Origin: Bugula neritina
Lineage: Eukaryota > Animalia > Bryozoa
DNA length: 64,000 nucleotides
Direction of reading: 5' to 3'
Assembly: GCA_964035545.1 (NCBI GenBank)
Contig: OZ037767.1
Coordinates: 24,506,628-24,570,627, forward strand
In this document: in pieces, positions 35,437-49,576 of the stretch
Layout of the letters: every line of letters starts with the position of its first letter
Numbering within the stretch: position 1 is the first letter of the stretch
Translations under genes and position numbers: made by a program
Notes under the pieces: generated by a model
What the model was told of the DNA's origin: nothing
The model's database searches: none
What the model saw: the letters and a program-made list of their open reading frames with translations, nothing else

Positions 35437-37706
35437 TGGGGGATGGACAATAAGATGGATCAACTCTCTTCCAATGAAAAGAGTGGCAGGTTTGGGCCCT
35501 GGCGCAGTTCGCTGAATTAACTTAACTCAGTTACTCTGTAAATTATGGGGACCTGGTAACTGGGCAGTCAACATACTCAAATCTCACCACAAGTTTGATT
35601 TTTGTTCGTTTATTTGTATTAAATCTCCTTCTCTAGTATAGTTTGTAGTTTTTTTGCCATTTCAATGAAAACATTGGAATGTAAAATTCTGCATTATATT
35701 TATTTTGTAAAGTTTGGCTGTACTGGCAACATTATGTAAATTAAATATTGGTTGTATTTGGCTATAATGTAGTTTTTATTAAACAATGCAATAATATCAT
35801 TCCGATGTGATTTTTGTATTTTAAAGGAGCTCACATATACTATCAGAGCTGGTTTATAATATCTGTGTGTTTCTTCAACTTTGCTGTCACAATTGTGTTT
35901 TATTGTTTCATCAGACGTGAACGGTAATAAACATATGAGTTATTTGTAGCTTATTGTTTATATCTTCATTTAAAAACACTTAGTTTTATATAAATGAATA
36001 GTATTGTATTACAAAGCAACCTTAGTATGTGAACAAGATTCACTATTTTGCTAAATAGATCAAAACTATTGGTAATGTTAGGAAGGGTATCTGGTAACCC
36101 GTAACCCTTTCTGCTCCTTTGCCAAGTGCTTTAGCTATGTTAGTAATACAGTTTCATCCCATAGGAATATATGTATTCTTTAAAAAAGTTACAATTTTGA
36201 ATCTGACAGTGATTGTATTTTTCAGCAAGTGTAAAAATTGTTATATCATGGAGTTGTGGCATCTTGTTGAACTGAATTCAGTAATGCAAGAATATAATTT
36301 AAATGGTCCAATTTAGAGTTGTCTGTTTACACTTTTGCTGAGTCTAATATATTATTGTAAGCATAGATTTTATTTTGCATTCAGTTCAAAACAAACTAGG
36401 ACGAAGTAAATACAGCCAAAACAGTCTTGAAATAAATTGAACTTTCTAGCAATAAGGATGTTTAGTAATATAACATAATTCTTTATAATTAGGACCTTAT
36501 GCTAAGAATAAGCCATCTTGGTTAAATTAGTTAATATATAGACTACACACCAACACAGTGACTAACTTAGACTTGCACCTTAATGCTTGTTTGACAGCAA
36601 GTTTATTGAAAGATCACTAAACTTAAATAAACTAAATTAAACTGAACTTTTAAAATAATTACTGATATAGACATCAATGCTGATGACTAGTTATCATGTG
36701 GGTCAAGGTTATATAATCCATTCAATGTTCCGCTTAATTTCTATAAGCTGGATTATATATTAAGTATGTCTACTACTGAGAATTAGCATCAAGTTGCATA
36801 AAAGAGCTGGAAGAAATATTTGAAGTGAAAATTTCAAATAATATCAGTTCTGTTTTTCACTAAATTGAGGTTGTTGTGAAACCTTAGCCGCATGCAATGT
36901 AGTTGTAAGAGTATCACTGTACAGAGTACAAAAGTATATGATTTGAAGGGCTTTAAAAAAACTTTCATAAACTGCAGCCTGCTTAATAAATCATATTATT
37001 GTCTATATTTACAGTTATTTTAACTTGAGAAGTTGTGTTTAAATGCTGAAATAAAAAACAGTCTTAAACATGATTGTCACTAACAGACTTGAAAAATCTT
37101 TCAGATATTCACTACTTCTTGTATAATTTTGTATTAAACGTTATGTAAAATCATTTAGCTGCCTTTGTTGAAATTTTGCCATATTAAATTAATGATAGTA
37201 AATTGTGCTACATGTCAGCCAATGTATTTGCTGCTGAATATTTTCTTCTTAATAATGTTTTTTATTCAATTTACATTCAAGTCTTATCTTAATTAGATGT
37301 CGCTGAGCATGGCAAGCCGATAGCTCAGCAACATGTACATGGGAAATATTTCAATATTGCTGACTACAACAATTCATCAAGTTGCTGAGCAATATATGTT
37401 AACTGTATAAGGTCAACAAACTGATATATGGTATCTATAATGCCGGTGTCTAATTTAGAAATGGAGTCATTAGCTTTTCCATTTTATATGTAGGAGAATT
37501 ATTTCAATTTTATAAATGAAGAAAAACAGCACAGTTCTTGTTATATATAACCTTAGTGGTTCTATAAGCAACTCCAAATGAGTGCAGTAGTTTGGAGACA
37601 TCAAGTTTGAAGTTGGAGACATAACTCCAAACGTCAGACCCACGCAACTAAAATTATCTTTCACCTCCAACTCGGAGCTGCTTATAGAACCATCCATATA
37701 ACCTAC

Positions 37707-37791
37707 TACCTAGCACAGCTAGCCTGTATACCTAGCACAGCTAGCCTGTGTACCTAGTGCAGCTAGCCTGTGTACCTAGTGCAGCTAGCCT
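37707..37791. repeat. Minisatellite, 22-bp unit, about 4 copies
   Basis: TACCTAGCACAGCTAGCCTGTA and TACCTAGTGCAGCTAGCCTGTG units in tandem. Confidence 0.9.
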
Positions 37792-40700
37792 AGCAGATCA
37801 ATCTCTACAGACTGATGGTATCTTTTGGTGATAAGGGTAAAGGCACCTAATCTGTCATCTTTTATTCAAAGCTCCCTTGTCATTCCGCTATAACTGTGGG
37901 TTAAAAGAACAAGTTCAAAACTCACCTGAAGACCCTTGAAACTATTAACTGCTGTACATTGTGAAAACTTCAACTCCGAACAAGATTATGTGTTAGATTA
38001 GTATTATGTTTTTTTTAATATCAGAATCACACAAAACTTGGTTAAAACTTTGACAATTTTACTCAATTCCAGATAGCTTAACTGTACACTGTTAAATGTG
38101 TAGTGGTTTTATTATATGCTTACATCATATTTAGTGAAAGTATTAATACATTAATTCTGAGTTTTCAATTCTCACATATTCTAGTTTTTTTCTGTTACTA
38201 CATCTGCAATAAAAACTAACTTCAGAATAATTATTTGCCCTAAAAAGGCCCCTAACAACTTTGTTATCATTCCGGTGCTGTTCACTGATTCAATAAGTGC
38301 TGAGGGTTTTATTGACTTTGCTTATACTTTAAGCTGTACCAAACTAGTACTGATGACCTGATTATAGTACGTTAAGCTTCTTAACTAATCAACAAAAACT
38401 GCCAAAACTAAACATAATCATAAAAATAATACCTTGTTTTCGTACGGTAGTACAGCGATAAGGTATTTTGAACAGGCCAATACTACTTAATGATTTCCTA
38501 TACTATTTTATGTGGGCTAGGGTTGCAATATTGGGACTCCATGTTGTCATATAGGATTATAATTACTGTGTGTTACGTGCAAATAAGCGGAGCATATAAC
38601 ATTCTGGCAAACTAATCTGCGCCTCAAAAAGCATTGAAAATAAAATATAGTATATAGTTTACAATTGATAGCATTCTACTTTATTACGACAACCTTTCTA
38701 TTCTCCAATAACTATCTTTTCTGTTAAACTGGACTGATTAAATTAAAAAAACCAAATTGTTTTTATTCAAATGAGAAACAAATTATAATATATGTTGGCC
38801 TCTTGCCTTTGAAGCAAAATTTCAATTAGGCCAAGTCATGGTAATATAGTGTGTAATATGCTAGTTTATACTGTAAAAATATACCAGTATATTACAGAAA
38901 GTTGATGATATTTATATTAGTATTATACATGGTCTGTTGTTGCTCAATATCAGAACTGTGGTAATTTATTGTTTCTTGTATTTTTGTAGCATAAGCGATA
39001 TAGAAAATATAACATAACATGATTATAGTATAACATAAAATAACAACATATTATAACATATCAAATTATTTCTACAGTAGTCTAATAATAGCCTACTGTT
39101 CAGAAGTAGGTGTAACAAGTTGTTGCTATGCCAACTCAACTTATATGAATTACCAAATAATTTTGAGCTAGGTAATTGATAACTTGCATGTAATAATATT
39201 ATTAAATACAGAAAAATACTGTATGCTTCAATATATTATATTATTGTATATGTATAATTATGCTATGACTGTTGTGGTACATGTTTTATTTATATTAGAA
39301 CCATACAGCGTATAATGATGCATAAATTATATAATATTTTTTATGTGGTTGCTATTGTTTTGAAAAGCTGTAAATCTGTCTATTCTCTATTATAAAATGA
39401 ATTAAAAGCTTTATATTGCATGTTAATTAGACCTTCAGGGTAGGAGGGGGAGGGGTTATGTCCCCTCTTTGTCATTTATTCCTTTTCTATTTGCCAATCA
39501 TATTACCGTGAACTGAAGCTAAGAGCAACTAGCTGAATATTTGTCAATGTTTATCTCTTAGTTGTTTAGAAGCAACTTTTCTCTTGTTTGATAGCTATTT
39601 AGTACTTGGACCACTGAATTGGAATACAGTTACAATCTAATTCAGGGATTTACACTATAAACAAAAAAAATTGTACATATACATGTTGAATTGAACTTCC
39701 AACCAACTGATATTATATTCAATTATTTTATTTTCATAGTTATAGCGGTTATATATTGTGCAATTTTATCAATTATTCACTTATTGTTATAAAGTCACAT
39801 TACAGTTTTCACATAACATTTTGCAATATTTACAACATTTTGCAAACAACATTTCTATTGCCAATAATTAATGCAAAACCAAAAAGCCTAGTTAAAAACT
39901 TGTTCTCACATGCATAGCTTTGAGTCGTAGTATTTGGGCAATGTTGATAAGATAAACTATTAAACAACAATAATCTAGATAAACTGCAAAAGGTAAAAGC
40001 AGATACAATAAATCAAGATTTGACGTTAGAGATGATCAAAATGTAGCAAATTTTAATTCATGTGACTCCCACACTAAGTGGAGCCCACGCAATGATAAGA
40101 GGCGAATTCATAAAATGGTAAGTTGAATGACGTAAAGATACAAACCAGTTCAATGGCCGGTTCTGCCAGGGCCAGTCTATTACATCTTGTCATAGACTGA
40201 GACACACAGGCTGGCTCAAACTGGAACAACAACCAAAATAAAGTTGATGATGATAACACCTACAGAAGCCAATATAACAATAACTATGGTGTATTCACTG
40301 TGATATTTATAGGGCAAAAATAAGTTTAAAGAAATAAAACACTTTAATTTAAATAGTTTGCAATTTTGAGCAAAAAGTAAGAAAAAATATATTTATTTCA
40401 TATCTATAATGTTCAAAATTAACTATAAACCTATAAGACTGCTTTAGGCAGTTTCAAATCCGTGATGAAAGCTAAAACTTTTTGAGGCATAGAAGATGCT
40501 ATAATTGTGATATATTAGTTTTTGGATTAAGATTCTATGTTTTGATATCAAAGTTCAATATCTATTTTTACATTTAAATCCACAGCCAATTTTTATCAAA
40601 GATGTATATCTGCTTTAAATCAAGATCCTAAATCACCCACACAATTGCACTCCAAGGCATAAAGTTTGCAAACATTTAGGTATATAGAAGTTTAGTTACA

Positions 40701-41280
40701 AACCACTTACACACTTACACTCTACATAAAAATATACCCAACTTAAAAGCTACTAGGTAACATTAATAGAGGCGAAAGAGCCAATGAGCTAGCAATTGAA
40801 TATTTTTAAAACTTTTTTTTATATTTACAGCAGTTAATTCCAAATGTAGTTATACTGTTTTAGTACCAACTGTTGCATGCACTTCATTTTTGGGTTGAAT
40901 GGCAGGTGTCTACTAATGAAACACTATAAAATATACATGACTTTTAATTTGTATGCATGGGCTAGAATCATTATAAAGGCTCACTAGCTTGTGTAAACTT
41001 TGAATGTGCTCAAAAGCTGAAATGATTTGAAGCACTCATCACTAGCTTGGACATTTCTTTCAGATAAATATTATACAAATTCGCTGGAAGTGCCATGAGT
41101 CATGTTATTATCTGGAAGCTTTATCTCTGTTTTTCAAACAAATCCTAGGAAACAATGATTTCACAGAATATGTTATTTAGGCATGCACTGTAAGGAAAAG
41201 GTTTAAGTCTTAGTTTATCTGCAATCAGCTAGCTCATGGAATCCGCTTAGATTAGTGCATGTATATAGATAGCAGTACTT

Positions 41281-41470
41281 GGGAGCAGTGGTTGTTAGAG
41301 TGCTGGCCTAGTAACTAAATCCAAACACCACGGTGATGTTAGGAAGAGCATCCAGTTATAATTGCTCCTGTGTCACATATAAATAAGTCCTTAGATTGCT
41401 TTAAAAACCTCAGGGGCTGTCGCAAGGATAGTGACTATAAAACTATGTATAAACTTGTGTGAGTTTTATA
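41281..41470 (+). mobile_element. tRNA-derived SINE, copy 3
   Basis: GGGAGCAGTGGTTGTTAGAGTGCTGGCCTAG...GGTGATGTTAGGAAGAGCATCCAG...GGATAGTGACTATA matches copies 1 and 2. Confidence 0.65.
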
Positions 41471-44400
41471 AAGAGTAGTACTTGTTAAAATGAATAATTC
41501 ATGATTGCAAGAAATAATGCTATTATTAAACCCTCTCTTTATACAGCAAATCTTCAGATCAACGCTTCAACTGAGTACACTCTGTCTTACAAAGCCGTTT
41601 AATGCCAGCCATATGCCCAAGCAACTGAAATGTATGACCAACTTAATTTGTGAAACACCTATCAAGTAGGGTGACCAGTGGTCAGTTGCTAAATATAGAA
41701 GTTGTGTAATTTTAGGTACAGGTCAATGTACGCACCTATTATTTCATTTACAGTAAGCTTAAGTAGTTAATAGAAGAAACATGCTATTCAAAACTAAATT
41801 TAGTTTACATGTTGAACTGTGGCAACATTGTCTAATGTGTTGAATAACATTATGTAAGTAGATATATGTACAATGAGTATTATAAGTATTATATATAGAT
41901 TTATTTCTGACATGGTATTTAAAGAGGGCACATTAAATACAGTAAATTTATTATATGAATATTTATAGATAATTTATATACATATAAATCTAACTTCAAA
42001 TACAATCAAAAGTATAATGATAATCAACCTCGATATAGAACACATTGATCAGCATAAATTGTCTATTCGTCTCCATTTGCCAACTATGTTGTTTACGAAT
42101 TGAAATAAATGCATCAGCGCACACAATAAAGCTACAAAAATGAAGTACCTAATTTAGTAGTTGCATATATATAAGACTGAAGCAAAAATAGAAAACAGAT
42201 ATAATATTAAGATTAACTATAAATACTATTATTATAACATGTGTATATTTTGTACAATAATGCTATGAAAACCAACTTGTTGAAAGAATGTATATTATTC
42301 TACCAATAAAAATTTTGATAGCTAGTATAATAATTTATATAATGACTTTGTTTTAATGTAGCAATTTACTTCACCCGTTAATTGTGTATCATGGTGGGGT
42401 TTAATGAATTAGTAAATAGGTAAGTTATGTATCACTCGATTGTGCAAGTTTAACACTCATATATCTTCATTCCTCGTCATCTCTTTATAGAAATTCAAAT
42501 GAAAAGTTACACGCATTTTTTTGAGCAAAGCATTAGTTAGCACATAAAATATTAATATTTAGTCAAATACTAGTTTTGAAACAACTATGCAATGTGTTTT
42601 TGTTGATGAATCAAGACTTCAGTAATGAAAACATTTTTCAGGAAATTTTAGCAACCTTCCATACATGGATATTTGTCTCCCATAAAGGAAGTTGAAGCCT
42701 GGCCATATATAATATGAATACATATAATTGACATGTCAGATTTATTTCACATGCAAACAGGAACATTTAAATTTATTAGTAGTTAAAAAATGTTTTTGCA
42801 TGTTGCAACAGCTCTGTAGTCTATATCAAAACATATCACTTAGAGACTTATATGTTTTACTAAAAATATCTTATTAACATAATTGTGCCAAAACTGCAAT
42901 ACAATGAGTTTGTGCTACCCAAAATTTCGCTAAAATTAGTGATACAAGCAACATTCTTTTAATAAAACTGTGGTACTAAAAATAGAAGACAAGTCAAAGC
43001 TGTAAATATCTTTTGAAGTATGATATATTTACTGCATTATGTGCAAGCAGTTGCTATGAGTGATATCATCTTGTATACAAATGATAGTTTTAGCAGTTCA
43101 ACATTTCCACCGGATATGGCTATCAGATATCCACTAATAGCATGATAATCATTTAGTTGGCCATTATAAATTAAACATTTCAGTAATTATTGAATGAATT
43201 GTTTATTATTTAATTAATTGTTTATTTTTTGTGTAAAAATTTGTAAGCTCAAAAAATACTCAGTTGCTGTTTCAATACTGGGCAGTAAACTTTTGCTATT
43301 AACCAAGAAATATAAATCTCTTATATTAATTAAATCGAATTAAAAGTATAGAAAAGCCTAACAATTTTAGAAAGTCTAAAGATGGTGACTACAATTATGT
43401 TGATTATCACTATAGAGTGATATCAAAACATGTATACATCATTTTGCTAATGCATTCACATACACTACATTTCCATTATCGCATTATGCAATGGATTTTT
43501 TCATTTGGCCAATGGAAATAGTTGCATCGAATGAAATCGTAAGCCACAAATAATCGTAAGGGTATTCATTCGCATAATGCGCAGTCATGGAAACGCAGAG
43601 ATATAAAGCTGCATTTAATCAACACCACCGAAGCCAATCTGCTAAATAGTTGAAGGCTCAGACCGATGCAATAATTGTACAACTTCAATTATTGATCTTT
43701 TCAGAAGATCTGTTGGATTTTCATTTTATAATGTAAAAAGTTTAGCTGAAAACAATTTTATATGCAATTTAAAATATTGCACAGCTTGTCGATGATGTTA
43801 TATACAATACCGCCAATTGTATAGATTGCATTTATTTAATCATTTTAATGTAGCACTTTTCAAAGCAATTCAGCAGATTGAAACTTGGACTTGTGTTTTG
43901 AAGTCTGCTATGTAATATATAATTATAATCATTTTATTGGCAACTTGTAACTAACAATACTGGCAGGCTAGACAAATTTATTATATTTTATATATATTAT
44001 GTCACGTAGCAGACTGCTGGGTGCCGATATTGTAATATATTCTAGACACCTTTATAGTTATTTCACCCATTTTCAAAAACTTTTTTTATCATTTAAATCT
44101 GATTCTGCATTCAAATAATATTTGCAGCCATTGTTTTGAGAATTTGGTTTATTTATTTATTTCTGTTATGATGAAAAATGTTTTTAGTTTACCAATATAT
44201 TATCATCATAGACTATATACCGATATATTATCACCCTATTCTATGTAACTAATTCTCACTTCCTCTCCAAATAATTTTGAAATGGATTGTGCCACTCTGC
44301 AGTAGTGATAAAGGCTAGGTGACATCATCTGTTAGCTATTTGATATACTGCTTGCTGTAGTAATTAGGGCTCATTACTCTGATGAATTATTAATTATTAG

Positions 44401-44719
44401 GAATAATAAGGAGCAATTAATTAGAATGCAACAGCATGAATCTACATAGCATGGTGCCCACATGGCATAAGCTGTTACTTCATACTTTATATCATAACGT
44501 TCCACCACCACTGCTGATCTCACGTATATACCCATACAACTATGCACAGTTCATCTACAAGCCAAACAGTCTTGACCTTTATCTACCAGGAACATATGGT
44601 GACATTTAAGATATGGCAAGATGTTATTATGGTTCCAACAAAACAACAGAAGTGAAACATTGAAGAGGCGATTTTGACCATTCTTGGGAAATGATATTAA
44701 AAGATTAGGGCCATAAAAG

Positions 44720-45060
44720 TGAAGGGTTTGTCCTAAGATTAGTCAGTACAGTTAGTTATCAGATCAGATTACTCCAGTGCGATGAGACACTGCAGATCTA
44801 AACACTTCACTTCATATCTGCTCTAAACGCAGCAATGACTATCCAACTCACTGGCGACAGTCAGTGATTAAAATTCGCAACTCGATCAGGACATGGCGAA
44901 GAAAGGGGAGGAGTCCGTGATTAAATGTGTCCACACACCTACACTAACAGCTGCCAGACCCTTCCTGTGCATTTCCTTACCCTGATCTGCTGGTCAGAAA
45001 CATACTTCTTCTGCAAGAATCACTCAGTTGTGACCCTCAGCCTCTTAGAAAACTCGCAAC
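44720..45060 (+). mobile_element. Possible highly decayed LINE endonuclease fragment (Rex1-like)
   Basis: GC-richer patch with broken peptide remnants MRHC..., IQLTG, RSGHGEERGGV and PDLL in the order expected for an AP-endonuclease domain; many frame breaks. Confidence 0.25.
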
Positions 45061-47157
45061 TACTTCAAATCAAGATGGTGCTTATAGTTCGAGTGAATAT
45101 CTAAAAAATTATTTAAAGTATGGTGTGCACAATTAAAAATAGAAACAATAGTTACAAGATGTTAATCTATATTGGTGAAATTTTTGGAAAAAAAGTTAAA
45201 AGCTGTGCAATCTACACTTTTTGCTGACTCAATGAGATGTTTAAAAAAATAAACATTTAGGCAGCATGTTTATGTTATCTGTGCACCTTATAAAGTAGTT
45301 TTATATGGCTATTATGTGTACACTGGATACTAATTCATACATTTAAGGATAGATTCTAACTGAAAATGAATAGGCCACGACAATTAAATGGTAAGCTACT
45401 AGTTATAAATTTTTTTTTAGCTTTGCTCCCTCAAAATGCTGTTCTTACAGTAGCAACCTAATTTTGACAGTGAGTTTTCATTTTTGTCTTATTGTTGATA
45501 ACAAGCCATGTATAGGCTAATTTGACAACTTTATAACATCACTTGCCTTAGAGAAGGAGCTGATTAGCAAATGTTTACATGAGCCTATCAGTTTCACTTG
45601 ATAAATTAATAGATGCAGCAAAAATGCCAAGTATGCAATAGGTGACGTCTGTGAATGAATATCCGGCCATTATTAGACAGTTTCTACTTATTATATAGTT
45701 GTACTTTCTGACTGTACCAGGAGTTGATTTAGTTGTTAGTGCTATGTGCTGTCGCTTTGTTGATTCACGCTTGAATAATTTATTTTCATGCAACAATATT
45801 ATCAAAGGAAAAAGCACGGTGGGAATTTACACGTTCTAAGTTTCAAGTTGTGTAGGCAGCTTGATAGATATTATATTACAGAAGAATGACGTTGCGATAC
45901 AAATATTCACCACTGTGAAGTCTAGTATGTTGGTTGTACACAGATAATAGATATGTATGTAGATAGTATTGCAATATTGTTTTTATCTACTCTTAACAAT
46001 CATACTGCATAAGAAAACTTCCGGAAGGGTGCATCTTGGTAAACAAAAGGCGAGATAAAAATACCTGTCTAATGCTAATTAGATTACAGAATGTTTGACA
46101 TAGCCAATAAATCTTGCACATTGTAGTCATCATCCTTTCAGTTATTTATCAAGCTCAGTTGCTGCAGCTGAGACTAAAATTAAATGGCATCACCTTACAA
46201 GTAGATATATGAAGATAAAGATGACTGTGACTGATGTCAACATGCCAGTTATTGATCTCTAAAATTATTAATATTGTCAAGACGCAAGTGAAAAGATAGC
46301 AAAGCTCAATCTCCAACTGTAAAAGTTTGATCTGGCACTTTTAGTTTTAAGCAATTACAGTTTATTTTTAGCTAGAGAAATATTAGATACTGCTTGAAAG
46401 CTGATTGCCATCGCCTTAGTTTAGGAAACTAAACAGGCTGCATATTAGCCTTTCATGTGTGCATTTCTCAAATTGCTCACAATGTGGCTTAGTTATGCAT
46501 GGAAATTTAGCAAATTTGAAACTTAAAACTTTCAAGGCTATTGATTAGGCATTTCATAAAGCTGTGTTATATAGTAGATGAGTAGTTGTAGGCCTATATG
46601 CACAATGTTGTAGTTATTATAATCAAACAGTTGACCACTTCTATAGAATAATTAAACATACTTCGATGTATAGAGGTGTGTTATGCCTGAGAGCTTAATC
46701 AGACCTCAATTCCCTTTGGGCAGAATGTTTCATATAATTATGCACAATAAAACTGTACTGCACAGCCATGCATGAAACCAATACTTAGTATTACACAATA
46801 CTTATGTTTTAACCATTTAATATTTATAATAACAATCTGCAGGTAAATTTAGGTTAAATACAACTTCTGGATAAAACCAATTTTTCATACTATTTAATTA
46901 TAACTTAGAATGCATGGAACATATTGTTGGCCAACCGATAATACCAATCGTTTGAAGCAATGCTACTATTTGCCTGGAACTCTCACATAGCTAAAACAAT
47001 ACGTTACTACAGCTTGCCTTGCAAAGTATTGGGGCATCCTAATGACGTGGTGACTTTACAGTTTCAAACAGAAAGTAATTCCAGCACTATTAACTCAGCT
47101 ATCATTATGCTAAAAATATTTCATCGAGATTAAATCATTGTCTATAATGATATGTCA

Positions 47158-47216
47158 ACCAATTGTATGATAGGCTGCCAGTATATAAGCCAGAAACATG
47201 CAGAGATTGTCATTAT
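47158..47216 (+). promoter_or_regulatory. Core promoter of peptide gene A (CCAAT, TATA, Inr-like)
   Basis: CCAAT near 47159, TATATAA at 47182-47188, TCATT about 28 nt downstream; the same arrangement occurs in copy B. Confidence 0.6.
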
Positions 47217-47264
47217 TTGTTTTACCACTTGATTTGATCAACAACAACAAAAATATATTTCATA

Positions 47265-48124
47265 ATGGTATTTAAAAAGCAGCTGTTACTGGTGATGTTT
47301 ATTTATGCAATAATTACTTTATCTTCTGCAAAACCGTAAGTATTAAACTTGACTGAATTAGTTTCATTGAGTATAATATTATTTTGTTTATTATTTACAG
47401 CTATATTGCGCATGTTATTTTAAACACGAACAAATATTGCTCCTTAAAAAATTAGCAAGCAATGACTATAGTAAGATTTTTAATGACTGCATTACATTTG
47501 CGACACTTTTTCATACAAGGAATTACAAGATTCATGCTTTGTATTAATTCACTGATATGTCTTGCAATCTACTATTGCACAGAGCTGCAAGAGACTTGGT
47601 AGATGCAATCTTAGATGAATTGGAAAGAGAAAGGATCACCAGAGTGCTGCTCAGCCGAAGCTACCCACAAGTCGGACCTGGAAGTCTGTTTCAGACCGGT
47701 ACTAAGAAGACCTACAACACTCCTCAGAACCACCCTGACTGGCCGAAGATACCATCAGGTAGAAGGTAAGTGACAGCAACATGGATAAAGCTTTTCCTCC
47801 ACTGAGATTCAAATACAAGACCTCCAGCTTGCAAACAGACGTTTTAACTATTATACCTCAAGAACTACCGGGTCATCTCAACACTACAATATGATATACC
47901 CCTCTCTTTGAAATTGCCTAAACAATTTAGTTGTTTGCTGTTTTACTCAAAATTAATTTAGGAACACTTGCAGTACATAAGTGTTGGTTGAATATAGCAA
48001 CTTTCAAGGCCTAATGGAAGAAGAATCAATGTAGACTCATTGTTGCTTCTAATAAATTTTGTAAGCAACAAATTCAAAGCAACAGTTATATACTCTAGTT
48101 TTGTTATTTTGCAGGCTCGGATAA
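47265..48124 (+). CDS. Secreted prepropeptide A, 87 aa; predicted mature peptide TYNTPQNHPDWPKIPS(GRRL)-amide
   Basis: Exons 47265-47335, 47583-47765, 48115-48124 with GT-AG sites give MVFKKQLLLVMFIYAIITLSSAKPAARDLVDAILDELERERITRVLLSRSYPQVGPGSLFQTGTKKTYNTPQNHPDWPKIPSGRRLG*. Signal peptide, pro-region, KK site, terminal Gly; structure conserved in copy B. Confidence 0.85.
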
Positions 48125-49449
48125 AAACAAGTATTTAATGCGGGACAAGACACAACTAAAACTATCTCCATCCCTAACCTTGGGTTAGATAATCTCAGTG
48201 TCGTCTTCAAAGCTAACAACAGTCTAATCAGCCACTTTCAGTTAAAGTACCATGCATTAGTTTATCACAGTGACCCTTCCTACTCAAACCCCTCATCTAG
48301 TGTGACCGGTCTTTTCCTCTGTCCCAGTTATGCAGTTTTGTAATTTTTGTTTGTGATTGTTTAAATAGTCTTCTATCTCAGATCTTCATGTTGATATTTC
48401 CATTCATAATACTGTTATACTAAGTTAACTTTTTGAGTTTGCGACTGAATCTCTATCCTTACAACTTAGACATGCAATTCTATGAAAATACATTTTTCAA
48501 TTATTTTATATCATAACTATTTATATTTTTTGTGTTTGGTATAATATATTTATTAAATAACGTTATTGTATTACGACATGATGTTATCACTTTTGTGATT
48601 GGGTCACATTCCAGAGGTGCTCAAAGTTTGCTTGAATTTTTGTGAAATATAAGTTTAAAAAGGCCAAAATTTTGATATTGGTGTAAAAACATACCATATC
48701 AAAAATCCTTATCGTAAGCAGTTTTTATTTATCTTTAAATAATTATTCAAACTGTTAGAGGAGCTGAAGATAATCTAAAGATATGAATTTTACAGTATGC
48801 AATGATGATAGAATTAATATAGTTTAAATATAAATAATTAGCATCACGTTCTCCTAGCTATATATAGACAACTTGAAATAGCCAAGTTACTCAGATTGTC
48901 TGAAATTATTATCTGCTTCTTATTAAACTTTTGTTTTATTTAAGAATTTGAAGGAAAGAGTTTATTTTATTGTGTAAAGTGTTTTCATGAATTATGAAAA
49001 TATTTGCTTGTACGTTTTTTCTCTTATAAAAAACCGCTGCATTACAAATGCAAAGCACAGGATATTAGCGAGTTTCTTCATAAGCTGTAGAGCCTCACTA
49101 TCAAACTTTGAACTTACAATTGTTTGTATTTTATCAGCACTGAATATAAAACCTATAATTTGCTCATTCCCATATATTAAACAATCAACTTAGAATTAAG
49201 TAGCTCCAATGTAGTGAGCTACAATAGTTTACTAGAGTTGATATAGGTGTATTAAGGGCTACTATTAGAGTTGTTTATGTTTATATTAGTGATCATGGCT
49301 TTAATTTTAACATTCTAAATGTAAGTGTTCTAGTGTCAGTATACCTTACACCTCACCAGTCTCAAATCAAAGGAAATTCCAGCATTATTAACTCGGCTAC
49401 AATTAGGCCAGGAAAAAGTGCGTAGAATCATTGCCTAATGGTCCTTCAG

Positions 49450-49520
49450 CCAATCAAATGCCTGACCGGTGCACACACTGCAGTATATAAACAAGAATCG
49501 GGCTGGACTGTTGTCATTCA
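49450..49520 (+). promoter_or_regulatory. Core promoter of peptide gene B (CCAAT, TATA, Inr-like)
   Basis: CCAAT at 49450, TATATAAA at 49484-49491, TCATT at about 49514. Confidence 0.6.
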
Positions 49521-49576
49521 TTGCACAGTAGTAAACTACTCAGCACTAGCTACAGTAACCTAGCATACACTTTATA

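Noticed and set aside
37707-37791. Short regular repeats as a possible CRISPR array
   Set aside because: Units are contiguous with no unique spacers, there are no cas genes, and the context is eukaryotic.
35500-47000. Search for further multi-exon genes between ZC4H2 and the peptide genes
   Set aside because: No chain of phase-compatible exons with a convincing protein was found; small or non-coding genes cannot be excluded by eye.
47790-47860. tRNA-like fragment on the minus strand in intron 2 of peptide gene A
   Set aside because: Only a degenerate B-box-like remnant; no cloverleaf or SINE body could be supported.
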